A stretch of DNA of 64,000 bases from an uncultured Gammaproteobacteria bacterium (GTDB lineage Bacteria > Pseudomonadota > Gammaproteobacteria > Arenicellales > Poriferihabitantaceae), in assembly GCA_947259885.1 (NCBI GenBank), contig CAMYNW010000021.1:8836-72835 (forward strand), written 5' to 3'. A program made the translations under genes and the position numbers. The notes under the pieces were generated by a model, which had not been told where the DNA came from, made no database searches, and saw only the letters and a list, made by a program, of their open reading frames with translations. Numbering within the stretch: the first letter of the stretch is position 1; every line of letters begins with the position of its first letter. This document shows positions 56,197 through 64,000 of the stretch, in pieces.

Positions 56197-56796
56197 TTAT
56201 TCAACCAAAGCGCGTTCGAGGTCGGCAAAGGTATGTGCTCTAGCGCCGGATTGTAATTTCGTGTTCAACATTTTCTCAATATGTGAGGAAGAAAACATTC
56301 CCCTAACACGCTGAAGTCCGTCCTTGTCGGTCTCTACTACCAGGATGTGCTGTCGACTGCTTGATTTGTAGGTTTCAACGATATCCCCGACCCGTGCTTT
56401 CAATACGTCACCGTGATCGAGGGCTTCAAGCTTTTCTAGTGGTGTAAAAATATCCTGCACCAGGACATCTTCATGCCGGCCGCCGTGTTCCTGTACATAT
56501 TGCAATGGCTTTTCGCCAAAAACATCATTATAGGTGACAAGCCCTAACAGATTCTGATCATTCTGGGTGACGAATAGTAGACGTACACCGCAGGCAATCA
56601 TCTTATGATTTGTCTCACCGATGGTTGCGGTTGGTGTAATTGTAAATGGCCGGACACGAGTGAAATCGGTCAACACCGCGGCAGAATTGTCTTCGAGAGA
56701 AACCACGGACTTATTTCCGTCACTCTCTGCTGCAACCCGCGTTGTCTGGTTCAGATATTGGTATGATAAGCTGTGATACTGAATAGTCATAGTCAT
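56197..56796 (-). CDS. CBS domain pair protein
   Basis: 199 aa with two CBS-like units (VRPFTITPTATIGETNHKMIACGVRLLFV...LLGLVTYNDV and VQDIFTP..LEALDHGDV......HILVVETD...LQRVRGMFSSSHI). Confidence 0.7.
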   Translation of the reverse strand: MTMTIQYHSLSYQYLNQTTRVAAESDGNKSVVSLEDNSAAVLTDFTRVRPFTITPTATIGETNHKMIACGVRLLFVTQNDQNLLGLVTYNDVFGEKPLQYVQEHGGRHEDVLVQDIFTPLEKLEALDHGDVLKARVGDIVETYKSSSRQHILVVETDKDGLQRVRGMFSSSHIEKMLNTKLQSGARAHTFADLERALVE

Positions 56797-57083
56797 TTCC
56801 TCCAGCTATTATTGTTATTATAGTAACAAAATGCGGGGCTGGAAGTTGTTTTTCGATATCGTTATAGAGAGTTAGGTAAAATCCACAATAACGAGTTGTC
56901 GCATGGCAACCAGACATTACCGAATCGTCATAATTCAGGTATCCAAGAGGCCCTCTGGTTGATTGCAAAATTAGGGGTATACACTAAATCCTTATGCTGA
57001 TTATCATAGGTAACATAATGCGGTTCCCCTGCTAAATTATTAAAATTTCACGCCTCAACTTCAACTAACTGATAATCATTTCC

Positions 57084-58211
57084 TTGCGCGTTAGCTCTAA
57101 AGATTCTGTTGTATCGTTTCAAAATGTCTGGAAACGATATGGTGAAGTAATTGCTGCCAGTAATCTCAATCTGGACGTCCAATCAGGGGAATTTCTTTCT
57201 TTTTTGGGGCCATCGGGCTGCGGTAAGACCACCACATTGAGAATGATTGCAGGTTTTGATCAACCCAGTGAGGGAGATGTCATACTAAAAGGTAAGAGGG
57301 TCAATGGCGTACCCGCGTTCAAACGGCCGGTGAACATGGTATTTCAACACTATGCATTGTTTCCACACTTAAATGTTGCGGACAATGTTGCCTATGGTTT
57401 GAAACAACGGTCCCCGAGGCCTCCTTCAAAAGAAATTGAATCCAGAGTGTCAGAGTCACTGGAGCTAGTTCAACTTGCTGGATACCAGAATAGGAGAATC
57501 TGGGAAATGTCCGGTGGACAGCAGCAACGGGTAGCCCTTGCCCGAGCCCTGATTAATAAGCCGGAAGTCCTATTACTGGACGAACCCTTAGCGGCACTAG
57601 ACCGCAAGCTCAGACGAGAAATGCAGATTGAATTGCAGAATCTGCAACGAAACGTAGGGATTACATTTATTCTGGTCACCCATGATCAGGAGGAGGCGCT
57701 ATCCATGAGTGACCGCGTCTGTATTATGCGCGAAGGAGAAATTATTCAGGTCGGCAGTCCACGAGAACTGTATGACAATCCGCTTAATCGCTATATCGCT
57801 GATTTCATTGGGAAATCAAATTTCTTTGATGGCGTGGTCCAAAAATCCTCGGCAAACGATCTGGAAATCAGACTTAACAATGGCGCCCAAATCGTGGCTG
57901 CGAATAGCCGCCAACATAATACGTATGCATCTGCTGCACCAGTAACGATTAGTATTCGACCCGAGCAGTTAATGCTTTCGCGGCGAGTTTCCCAGCTGCC
58001 AGATGAAAAGGCGATTGTCATAAACGCAGCAGTGCGGAACCGGATCTTTTTAGGCGAACACACTGAATACCTTTTATATAATGAGCAATTCGGTGAATTC
58101 CTGGCGTTGTCTCCAAGGCAGAATGAGATTGGCGAGCCGCCATTCGAAGTAAACGAAGATATTCACATCAGTTGGAATCAGGAAGCTACTCTGGTTCTTA
58201 ATCATGACTGA
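57084..58211 (+). CDS. potA: Spermidine/putrescine ABC transporter ATP-binding protein
   Basis: GPSGCGKTT, MSGGQQQRVALARAL, LLLDEPLAALD, and a C-terminal TOBE-like domain. TTG start. Confidence 0.9.
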   Translation: MRVSSKDSVVSFQNVWKRYGEVIAASNLNLDVQSGEFLSFLGPSGCGKTTTLRMIAGFDQPSEGDVILKGKRVNGVPAFKRPVNMVFQHYALFPHLNVADNVAYGLKQRSPRPPSKEIESRVSESLELVQLAGYQNRRIWEMSGGQQQRVALARALINKPEVLLLDEPLAALDRKLRREMQIELQNLQRNVGITFILVTHDQEEALSMSDRVCIMREGEIIQVGSPRELYDNPLNRYIADFIGKSNFFDGVVQKSSANDLEIRLNNGAQIVAANSRQHNTYASAAPVTISIRPEQLMLSRRVSQLPDEKAIVINAAVRNRIFLGEHTEYLLYNEQFGEFLALSPRQNEIGEPPFEVNEDIHISWNQEATLVLNHD

Positions 58212-58254
58212 AAATGACCATGTAGCACCTTAACCACACGAAAAGGAGAAGACC

Positions 58255-59415
58255 ATGTCAAAAGACAATCAATCAATCACTAAAAAACAATTCATGAAAG
58301 AATTGTGGCGTTTTAAAAATGGTTCAATCAGCCGGCGTCAGTTTCTCGGCGTAACGGGGCTGGGGGTCGCCACATCAGTTCTGGCAGGCGCAATGCCCGC
58401 ATTGATTCCACGAAAAGCCTGGTCCGCATCGGATATTGGTGATCGCGTAGTGTTAGCAACCTGGCCTAACTACCATGATCCGGCAAATTTCGAAAAATTT
58501 ACCGAGGTAACTGGTGCGCATGTCCAGGTAAATGTATTTGGCTCTAACGAAGAGATGCTGGCCAAGTTACAGGCGGGTGGCAGCGGTTGGGATGTGTTTG
58601 TTCCTACCAATTACACCATTACCACGTATGTTGGCGAAGACCTGATTGAACCACTTGAGCTTTCTAAAATCCCGAATTACGCTGCAGAAGCATTTGATCC
58701 TCGATTTTCCGATGCAGGTTCTGTAGATGGCACCGTATACGCGGTACCAAAAAACTGGGGCACAACGGGTTACGTGGTTAACAACAAACACACTGATGGT
58801 CGGAAGTTGACCAGCTGGAAAGATTTCTGGGACATTTCGATGAATGAGTTTACGGGCAGGACCATGGTTCATGACTATCAACTTACTACCATAGGTAATG
58901 CTCTAAAGTATTTTGGCTATTCGTTTAACTCGGTAGATCCAGCTGAATTGGCCGATGCCGAGAAATTGCTGCTGGAAGTTAAACCACACCTTTTTGCGAT
59001 AAATAGTGACTATCAACCGCCACTGAGAAACGGCGATGCGTGGATGTCAATGTGCTGGACAGGTGACGGAAAACAACTCAATACAGATATACCAGAAATG
59101 GAATACGTCCTCGGTGTGGAAGGTGGGGAAATCTGGAGTGATTACTTTGCCGTTCCGAGAGGAGCTGAACACCCGGATGCTGGTTATGCATTAATTGACT
59201 TCATGCTTGACCCAGCAGTTAATGCAAAGGAAGTTTTGGCACATGGCTATCCGGTGGCGGATAGTCGAACCAACGATTTGTTGCCCAAGGAGCTTCTGGA
59301 GGATCCGATTTTATACCCTGCCCAGGAGTTGCTTGACGCGTTGGAATTTGGTGCGGCTGCAACCCTTACAGATCCCAACCGTGCTGAATTGTTAGCCCGC
59401 TTTAAGGCGGCCTGA
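58255..59415 (+). CDS. Polyamine-type (PotD/PotF family) periplasmic binding protein with a Tat-type signal
   Basis: 386 aa. SRRQFLGVTGLGVATSVLAGA, then VVLATWPNYHDP, VFVPTNY, YAVPKNWGTTG, MCWTGDG. Confidence 0.85.
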   Translation: MSKDNQSITKKQFMKELWRFKNGSISRRQFLGVTGLGVATSVLAGAMPALIPRKAWSASDIGDRVVLATWPNYHDPANFEKFTEVTGAHVQVNVFGSNEEMLAKLQAGGSGWDVFVPTNYTITTYVGEDLIEPLELSKIPNYAAEAFDPRFSDAGSVDGTVYAVPKNWGTTGYVVNNKHTDGRKLTSWKDFWDISMNEFTGRTMVHDYQLTTIGNALKYFGYSFNSVDPAELADAEKLLLEVKPHLFAINSDYQPPLRNGDAWMSMCWTGDGKQLNTDIPEMEYVLGVEGGEIWSDYFAVPRGAEHPDAGYALIDFMLDPAVNAKEVLAHGYPVADSRTNDLLPKELLEDPILYPAQELLDALEFGAAATLTDPNRAELLARFKAA

Positions 59416-59454
59416 CTAAGAAATCTTGACCGGAATAGTTGTAATCAATTTCCT

Positions 59455-60306
59455 ATGAAGAGCAGCTTGGTACATCGGTTACTGTTGTTACCAGCAACAA
59501 TGTGGTTGCTGGTTATGCTGGTGTTACCGCTGCTCGTGGTCATTATTTTCAGCTTTGGTGATCGCGGGCCGGCAGGCGGGTATGTGCCGGGATTCAGCCT
59601 GGACCAGTATGCCAACTTGCCTGCCCGTTTTACTGCATTTAAAAACACCATGATTCTGGCGCCGGCGGGAACGTTGGCAGCGCTCCTGATCGCCTATCCG
59701 CTGGCATATTATCTTGCAGTAAAGGCAAATCCGAACATAAAAACTGTTTTGCTGGTGATGATTATCGTTCCATTCTGGACCAGTATTTTGATCAGGACTT
59801 ACGCCTGGATTTATATTTTGGGGGGGCAGGGAATCCCGAAAATGCTGGAGTTTTTTGGCGTCGAGGGCGTCCGACTGATCAATACACCTTACTCGGTCTT
59901 AATCGGTATTATATATGGCTACCTGCCGCTGATGGTGTTTCCAATTTACGTTAGTCTGGAGAAACTTGATAAACGATTGCTCGAGGCTTCTCAAGATCTT
60001 GGGGCATCGCCGATCCGTACATTTCGCAATGTGACCTTGCCGCTGTCGATTCCAGGAATAGCCACCGGCTGCATGCTTGTATTTATTTTACTAATGGGAG
60101 AATTCCTGATCCCCGCATTACTGGGCGGTGGCAAAGTATTTTTTATAGGGAATGCACTGGTTGACCTGTTTTTACAGTCGCGCAACTGGGCCTACGGTTC
60201 TGCCGTAGCGACAACTTTAGTTATTGTGATGCTGCTAACGGTGAGCATCTATATGAAACTGATGATGCGAGGGTCTAACATTCGCGAAGAAGTCTCGTTA
60301 CTTTAG
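59455..60306 (+). CDS. potB: Polyamine ABC transporter permease
   Basis: 283 aa, 6 TM, with the EAA loop LLEASQDLGASPIRTFRNVTLPL. Confidence 0.85.
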   Translation: MKSSLVHRLLLLPATMWLLVMLVLPLLVVIIFSFGDRGPAGGYVPGFSLDQYANLPARFTAFKNTMILAPAGTLAALLIAYPLAYYLAVKANPNIKTVLLVMIIVPFWTSILIRTYAWIYILGGQGIPKMLEFFGVEGVRLINTPYSVLIGIIYGYLPLMVFPIYVSLEKLDKRLLEASQDLGASPIRTFRNVTLPLSIPGIATGCMLVFILLMGEFLIPALLGGGKVFFIGNALVDLFLQSRNWAYGSAVATTLVIVMLLTVSIYMKLMMRGSNIREEVSLL

Positions 60307-60315
60307 AGATTTGAT

Positions 60316-61149
60316 ATGCGACTTTACGCAATCGCTATTTATTTGTTTCTGTATTCGCCAATTGCGATTATTGTTCTGTTTAGTTTTAATGCTGGTCGAC
60401 ATGCAAGTGACTTCACTGGGTTGTCGGTTAAATGGTATGGCAAGGTTTTATCGAATCCGTTTGCTATGGAGGCTTTAACAACCAGCCTTACCGTCGCTTT
60501 GGCATCTGCCATCTTCGCCAGCGTGTTTGGCACCATGGCGGCACTCGGACTGCAAAAGGTGAAAGGCCGAGTCAGGGTGGTTTACGATGCTGCTATATAT
60601 GTCGCCATTATGATTCCAGGAATTGTAATTGGAATCGCAACCCTGATTGCCTTAGTTACAGCTTTCAAATTTCTTAACCCCGCTTTACAGGAATTTTGGC
60701 CTTCCTGGCTTGGTAATGTGCCGAAACTGAATATGGGATACACCTCTCTTATAGGGGCGCACACAATGTTTACTATGGCATTGGTGATCGTGATTGTACG
60801 TTCTCGAGCCGCAGGTATGGATCGTGCATTGATCGAGGCTTCGGCGGATCTCTACGCCACGCCATGGGGCACATTTTGGCAAATTACGTTTCCCCAGATT
60901 TTTCCGGCTATTCTGGCTGGGTTCCTACTAAGCTTTACCTTTAGTTTTGATGATTTCATCATTGCATTTTTTGTGGCGGGTACCGAAACAACACTGCCGA
61001 TATACGTGTTCTCGTCTATTCGACGGGGGGTTACGCCTGAAATCAATGCGATTGGTACCATGGTTTTGTTAACTTCTCTCGCTCTGCTGGTTGCTGCACA
61101 ATTTCTATTACGATACCGAGATCGGCAGTCTTCGAAAATAAATTCATAG
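60316..61149 (+). CDS. potC: Polyamine ABC transporter permease
   Basis: 277 aa, 6 TM, with the EAA loop LIEASADLYATPWGTFWQITFPQ. Confidence 0.85.
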   Translation: MRLYAIAIYLFLYSPIAIIVLFSFNAGRHASDFTGLSVKWYGKVLSNPFAMEALTTSLTVALASAIFASVFGTMAALGLQKVKGRVRVVYDAAIYVAIMIPGIVIGIATLIALVTAFKFLNPALQEFWPSWLGNVPKLNMGYTSLIGAHTMFTMALVIVIVRSRAAGMDRALIEASADLYATPWGTFWQITFPQIFPAILAGFLLSFTFSFDDFIIAFFVAGTETTLPIYVFSSIRRGVTPEINAIGTMVLLTSLALLVAAQFLLRYRDRQSSKINS

Positions 61150-61171
61150 GTCTCAGGCTTTGGGGGTACGA

Positions 61172-62050
61172 TTAATCTTTTGGCTCGGTCAAAGCGTTGT
61201 CAATTGCAGTATGGATGATTCGAAATACATAACCTGCATTCCAACTATCTCCGTCGAATGAGTTGTGTTTTGTGTTATTTACTAAAACCACTTCAACATC
61301 ATCACGATGATTGACGTCTTCTCCAGTGATCGGTCCGACAAAGTCATGTTCACCAAAAACAAAAGTCATCGGCACATTGATGATTTTGATTAACTCCAGT
61401 GCTGCCAGGCCGGCCATGTGCACGTTGTATGTTGTATGTGCGGCGAGCTTGCCAGTATAGACATGTGGGTCATTCTTAATAACGTGAAGCACGCTTTCAT
61501 CGTCTGAAATTAATTCCGGGCTAAATGGTAAGACATCTATTTTCTTAATAAAGCGTGAAATCAGCGACACGACAGATCCGAAGCGTAAAGCTAGTGGATG
61601 CACGACATGACCAACTTTAAGCGCAGGATGCAGTCCGATCATAGCTTTGACATGGCGTAGCGTGCGTGCTTTGAGATTAGGTCGTTCATCCTTTAAAAGG
61701 GCATCCATGGCGTGCACCAGCAGGGGAAAGCCATAGGAATAACCCATTAAAACAATCGGCGTTTCCTCCGTTATTGACTTGTGACGGAGAGCCTTCAATA
61801 TCGCATGGGTCACACTATCAACGTCATGCCTGTAATCTTCGACCGAACAGCGTTTACCAAGGGACAATCCATGTCCGCCTAAATCAAAGGACAGAATTCC
61901 GCATCCTATTCCAACCAGATTATTGAAGAAATGTCGATGTGTCATGACATGGTCGCGTAAGCCATGTACGAACAACACCAGGCATTTCATTTCCTTCTCG
62001 GGGGCGACGAAGTAGTATTGCAGGCCGTTAAGTATTTCGGTTGGCTTCAT
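61172..62050 (-). CDS. Alpha/beta hydrolase (lysophospholipase/monoacylglycerol lipase-like)
   Basis: 292 aa with LVLFVHGLRDH and the nucleophile elbow GYSYG. Confidence 0.8.
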   Translation of the reverse strand: MKPTEILNGLQYYFVAPEKEMKCLVLFVHGLRDHVMTHRHFFNNLVGIGCGILSFDLGGHGLSLGKRCSVEDYRHDVDSVTHAILKALRHKSITEETPIVLMGYSYGFPLLVHAMDALLKDERPNLKARTLRHVKAMIGLHPALKVGHVVHPLALRFGSVVSLISRFIKKIDVLPFSPELISDDESVLHVIKNDPHVYTGKLAAHTTYNVHMAGLAALELIKIINVPMTFVFGEHDFVGPITGEDVNHRDDVEVVLVNNTKHNSFDGDSWNAGYVFRIIHTAIDNALTEPKD

Positions 62051-62488
62051 TAACTATATCGGTTGTTGTGGTTGCATTATGCTGCAGTATGAAACGATGC
62101 AAAACACGCGTTTCAGAGATATTGTAACGAATAAAGGTGTCAGGTTGGTTTCATGTCTCTGTAGTGCTTCGGTTCATTATAGACAAGAAATGAATCACTC
62201 CTTGTTCTGTTATACGCGGCATCTCGAAGAAATTCTATTTAATGTTTGCACTTAAAAGCAGGCCAGATAATGGAGACCTCATGTGGTCCAAGCAAAAGAC
62301 AATTTAGGGCACAAATACAATCTCTTCCGACTAACTTATTGATCAAGTCAGAGACGATGCAGATCTCAGTTGAGGGTTGAAACTTGGCCCTTAGGGATTG
62401 AGCATTTACCACTGGTCGAAAACTCTATTAACAACTTCAAAAAATGAGTTTTTGCAATTGAAACCAGTGTTTGATTATTGATACTCAG

Positions 62489-62520
62489 CATGCCGGTTAT
62501 CCGGTATATTCACCGGCATG
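62489..62520 (+). promoter_or_regulatory. 9-bp perfect inverted repeat whose right arm contains the start codon of the RND adaptor gene
   Basis: CATGCCGGT (62489-62497) and ACCGGCATG (62512-62520), with a 14-nt spacer. The ATG of the 62518 gene is the last 3 nt. Confidence 0.3.
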
Positions 62521-63696
62521 GTAATCGGAAAATCACTGACTTTACTAATTGTCGCTGCCGCTCTCGGTGGTCTTGGCTGGCTGATTTTTCAGCAACTAGA
62601 AGAACAATCCAGGGATGTGCCACCTCAGCAACGAACTGTTAGAGCTGTCCCGGTAGAGACGGAACAAGTAATAAACGGACGAATGGATCAGGTGAGGGCA
62701 TTCACCGGAACGCTAGATGCTAACCAGGAGTTTGTGGTCTCTGCCAAGGTCAGCGGCAGGGTCGAGGAAGTCACCGTAGATCTTGCCGATACTGTACGCC
62801 GCAATCAAATTGTGGCGAGATTGGATAATGCCGAATATCGTCAGGCGCAAACCCAGGCTGAAGCCGATCTTGCCGTGGCAAGAGCAAATTTTGCCGAAGC
62901 CGAAAGCCTGTTAAAAATTGCAGACCGAGAACTTGCCCGAGTCAATACCCTGAAGGAACGTGGTGTCAGCTCGGAATCAGAACAGGACACTATCCAGGCC
63001 AACCAGCTTGCACGTTCGGCCCACCTCGATGTCACCCGCGCGCAGGTGACTCGAGCAGTCGCAGCGGTTGAAACCGCACGCATACGGCTCGGCTATAGCG
63101 ATGTCACAGCGAGTTGGCAGGGTGGGAATGATTACCGGGTTGTGGCTGAGCGCTACGTTGACGAAGGAAGCACGGTTGGCATTAATGAGCCTTTATTGCG
63201 CGTGGTTGAAATGGACCAGGTGATAGCGGTGTTCTATGTTACCGAACGTGACTATAGGTTGTTGAAACCGGACCAGAGCGTATCGCTTGAGACAGACGCC
63301 TATCCGAACGAGGTATTCGTAGGACGCGTCGCTCGGATCGCGCCGGTATTCCGCGCAAGTACGCGTCAGGCGAAAGTGGAACTGTTGGTGGATAATAATG
63401 ATCTGCGCCTCAAGCCAGGCATGTTTGTGCGGATCAGAGTTGTTCTTGAAAGTATTGAGGACGCGACAATTGTGCCCGAATCGGCCCTTGTGACCAGAGA
63501 CGATAAGGTCGGGGTTTTTATGCTGAATCCGGATGGCGTCACGGTGCGCTGGCAGGAAGTCGAGCCCGGAATTCGTCAGGGGCATCTGGTTGAAGTTGTC
63601 ACGAATGAGCTGCTTAAGGGTAGCGTAATCACTTTAGGTCAGCAGTTACTCGACGATGGATCGAGTGTGACCGTACAAGAGAATAAATTAGAGTGA
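62518..63696 (+). CDS. RND efflux periplasmic adaptor (membrane fusion protein)
   Basis: 392 aa with an N-terminal anchor, a coiled-coil hairpin (AEYRQAQTQAEADLAVARANFAEAESLLKIADRELARV) and beta-barrel strings (LKPGMFVRIRV). Confidence 0.85.
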   Translation: MVIGKSLTLLIVAAALGGLGWLIFQQLEEQSRDVPPQQRTVRAVPVETEQVINGRMDQVRAFTGTLDANQEFVVSAKVSGRVEEVTVDLADTVRRNQIVARLDNAEYRQAQTQAEADLAVARANFAEAESLLKIADRELARVNTLKERGVSSESEQDTIQANQLARSAHLDVTRAQVTRAVAAVETARIRLGYSDVTASWQGGNDYRVVAERYVDEGSTVGINEPLLRVVEMDQVIAVFYVTERDYRLLKPDQSVSLETDAYPNEVFVGRVARIAPVFRASTRQAKVELLVDNNDLRLKPGMFVRIRVVLESIEDATIVPESALVTRDDKVGVFMLNPDGVTVRWQEVEPGIRQGHLVEVVTNELLKGSVITLGQQLLDDGSSVTVQENKLE

Positions 63697-64000
63697 ACAT
63701 TTCCCGGGCCAGTGTCAAGCGACCCGTGTTCACTCTAATGGTGACTCTGGCAGTTGTTGTGCTGGGTTCTGCAGCGCTTAGTCGTCTTAGGATTGATCTG
63801 CTGCCCAGCATAGAGCTCCCTACAATCACCGTGCGCACCAGTTACGATGGCGCCGATCCGCTGGTGATGGAACGCCTGGTCACGCAAATCGTGGAAGAAA
63901 TTATCGCCACCGTGCCGGGGGTTGTGGAAATGACATCAAGGTCCTATGAAGGTAACAGTCGCGTTCGCGTAAGTTTCGCCTGGGGAACCGATGTCGATAC
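63693..64000 (+). CDS. RND efflux permease (AcrB/HAE1-like), 5' part only
   Basis: The GTG at 63693 overlaps the adaptor stop (GTGA). VNISRASVKRPVFTLMVTLAVVVLGSAALSRLRIDLLPSIELPTITVRTSYDGADP is a typical RND N-terminus. It runs off the window. Confidence 0.85.
   Translation, partial: MNISRASVKRPVFTLMVTLAVVVLGSAALSRLRIDLLPSIELPTITVRTSYDGADPLVMERLVTQIVEEIIATVPGVVEMTSRSYEGNSRVRVSFAWGTDVD

Overview
This is a 64-kb chromosomal segment from a Gram-negative bacterium. The porin, RND pump, Tat/Sec signal peptides and gene content suggest a marine-type gammaproteobacterium, but that is inference only. I found no rRNA, tRNA or CRISPR. About 50 genes are supportable. The housekeeping and catabolic blocks are: (i) a puuD-like membrane cytochrome c plus a transthyretin-like gene at the left edge; (ii) aguB-aguA (agmatine to putrescine); (iii) two secreted MBL-fold hydrolases; (iv) an operon of an NTT/TLC-like MFS carrier and a Tat-exported aldo/keto reductase; (v) class I FBP aldolase; (vi) a complete glycogen cluster glgC-glgA-glgB-glgP-glgX-malQ, with glgB broken by a frameshift; (vii) a polar-amino-acid-type ABC importer beside GntR, a split UxaA-family lyase and a HisD-family dehydrogenase, which fits suyAB/hpsN sulfonate catabolism; (viii) ABC-2 exporter, gabT and an amidase; (ix) potA-potD-potB-potC; (x) the start of an RND efflux operon. 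The standout accessory locus lies at 1.7-9 kb. It holds a Family 2A (SrpI-type) encapsulin shell gene with no recognisable enzyme cargo. Its neighbours are a divergently transcribed 1031-aa protein built from about 60 copies of an 11-residue repeat, a tightly coupled 280-aa acidic Pro/Ala/Glu-rich disordered protein, a DUF4395-like membrane protein, and a membrane-anchored thioredoxin-thioredoxin reductase fusion that lacks the NADPH 2'-phosphate-binding arginines. Other items worth a second look are: a convergent pair of secreted proteins sharing a roughly 50-aa Tat-like leader (one is a poly-Gly protein); a 928-aa Orn/Lys/Arg-decarboxylase-fold protein chained to an ATP-grasp ligase and a C45 Ntn enzyme; a perfect (GAAGGG)11 microsatellite inside a porin gene; a Shine-Dalgarno-equipped 17-codon uORF overlapping the glgC start; 20-bp phased direct repeats upstream of the ABC operon; and three gene relics (NRPS adenylation domain, universal stress protein, IS3-type orfA). 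All calls come from reading the sequence and the ORF track. No database search was possible.
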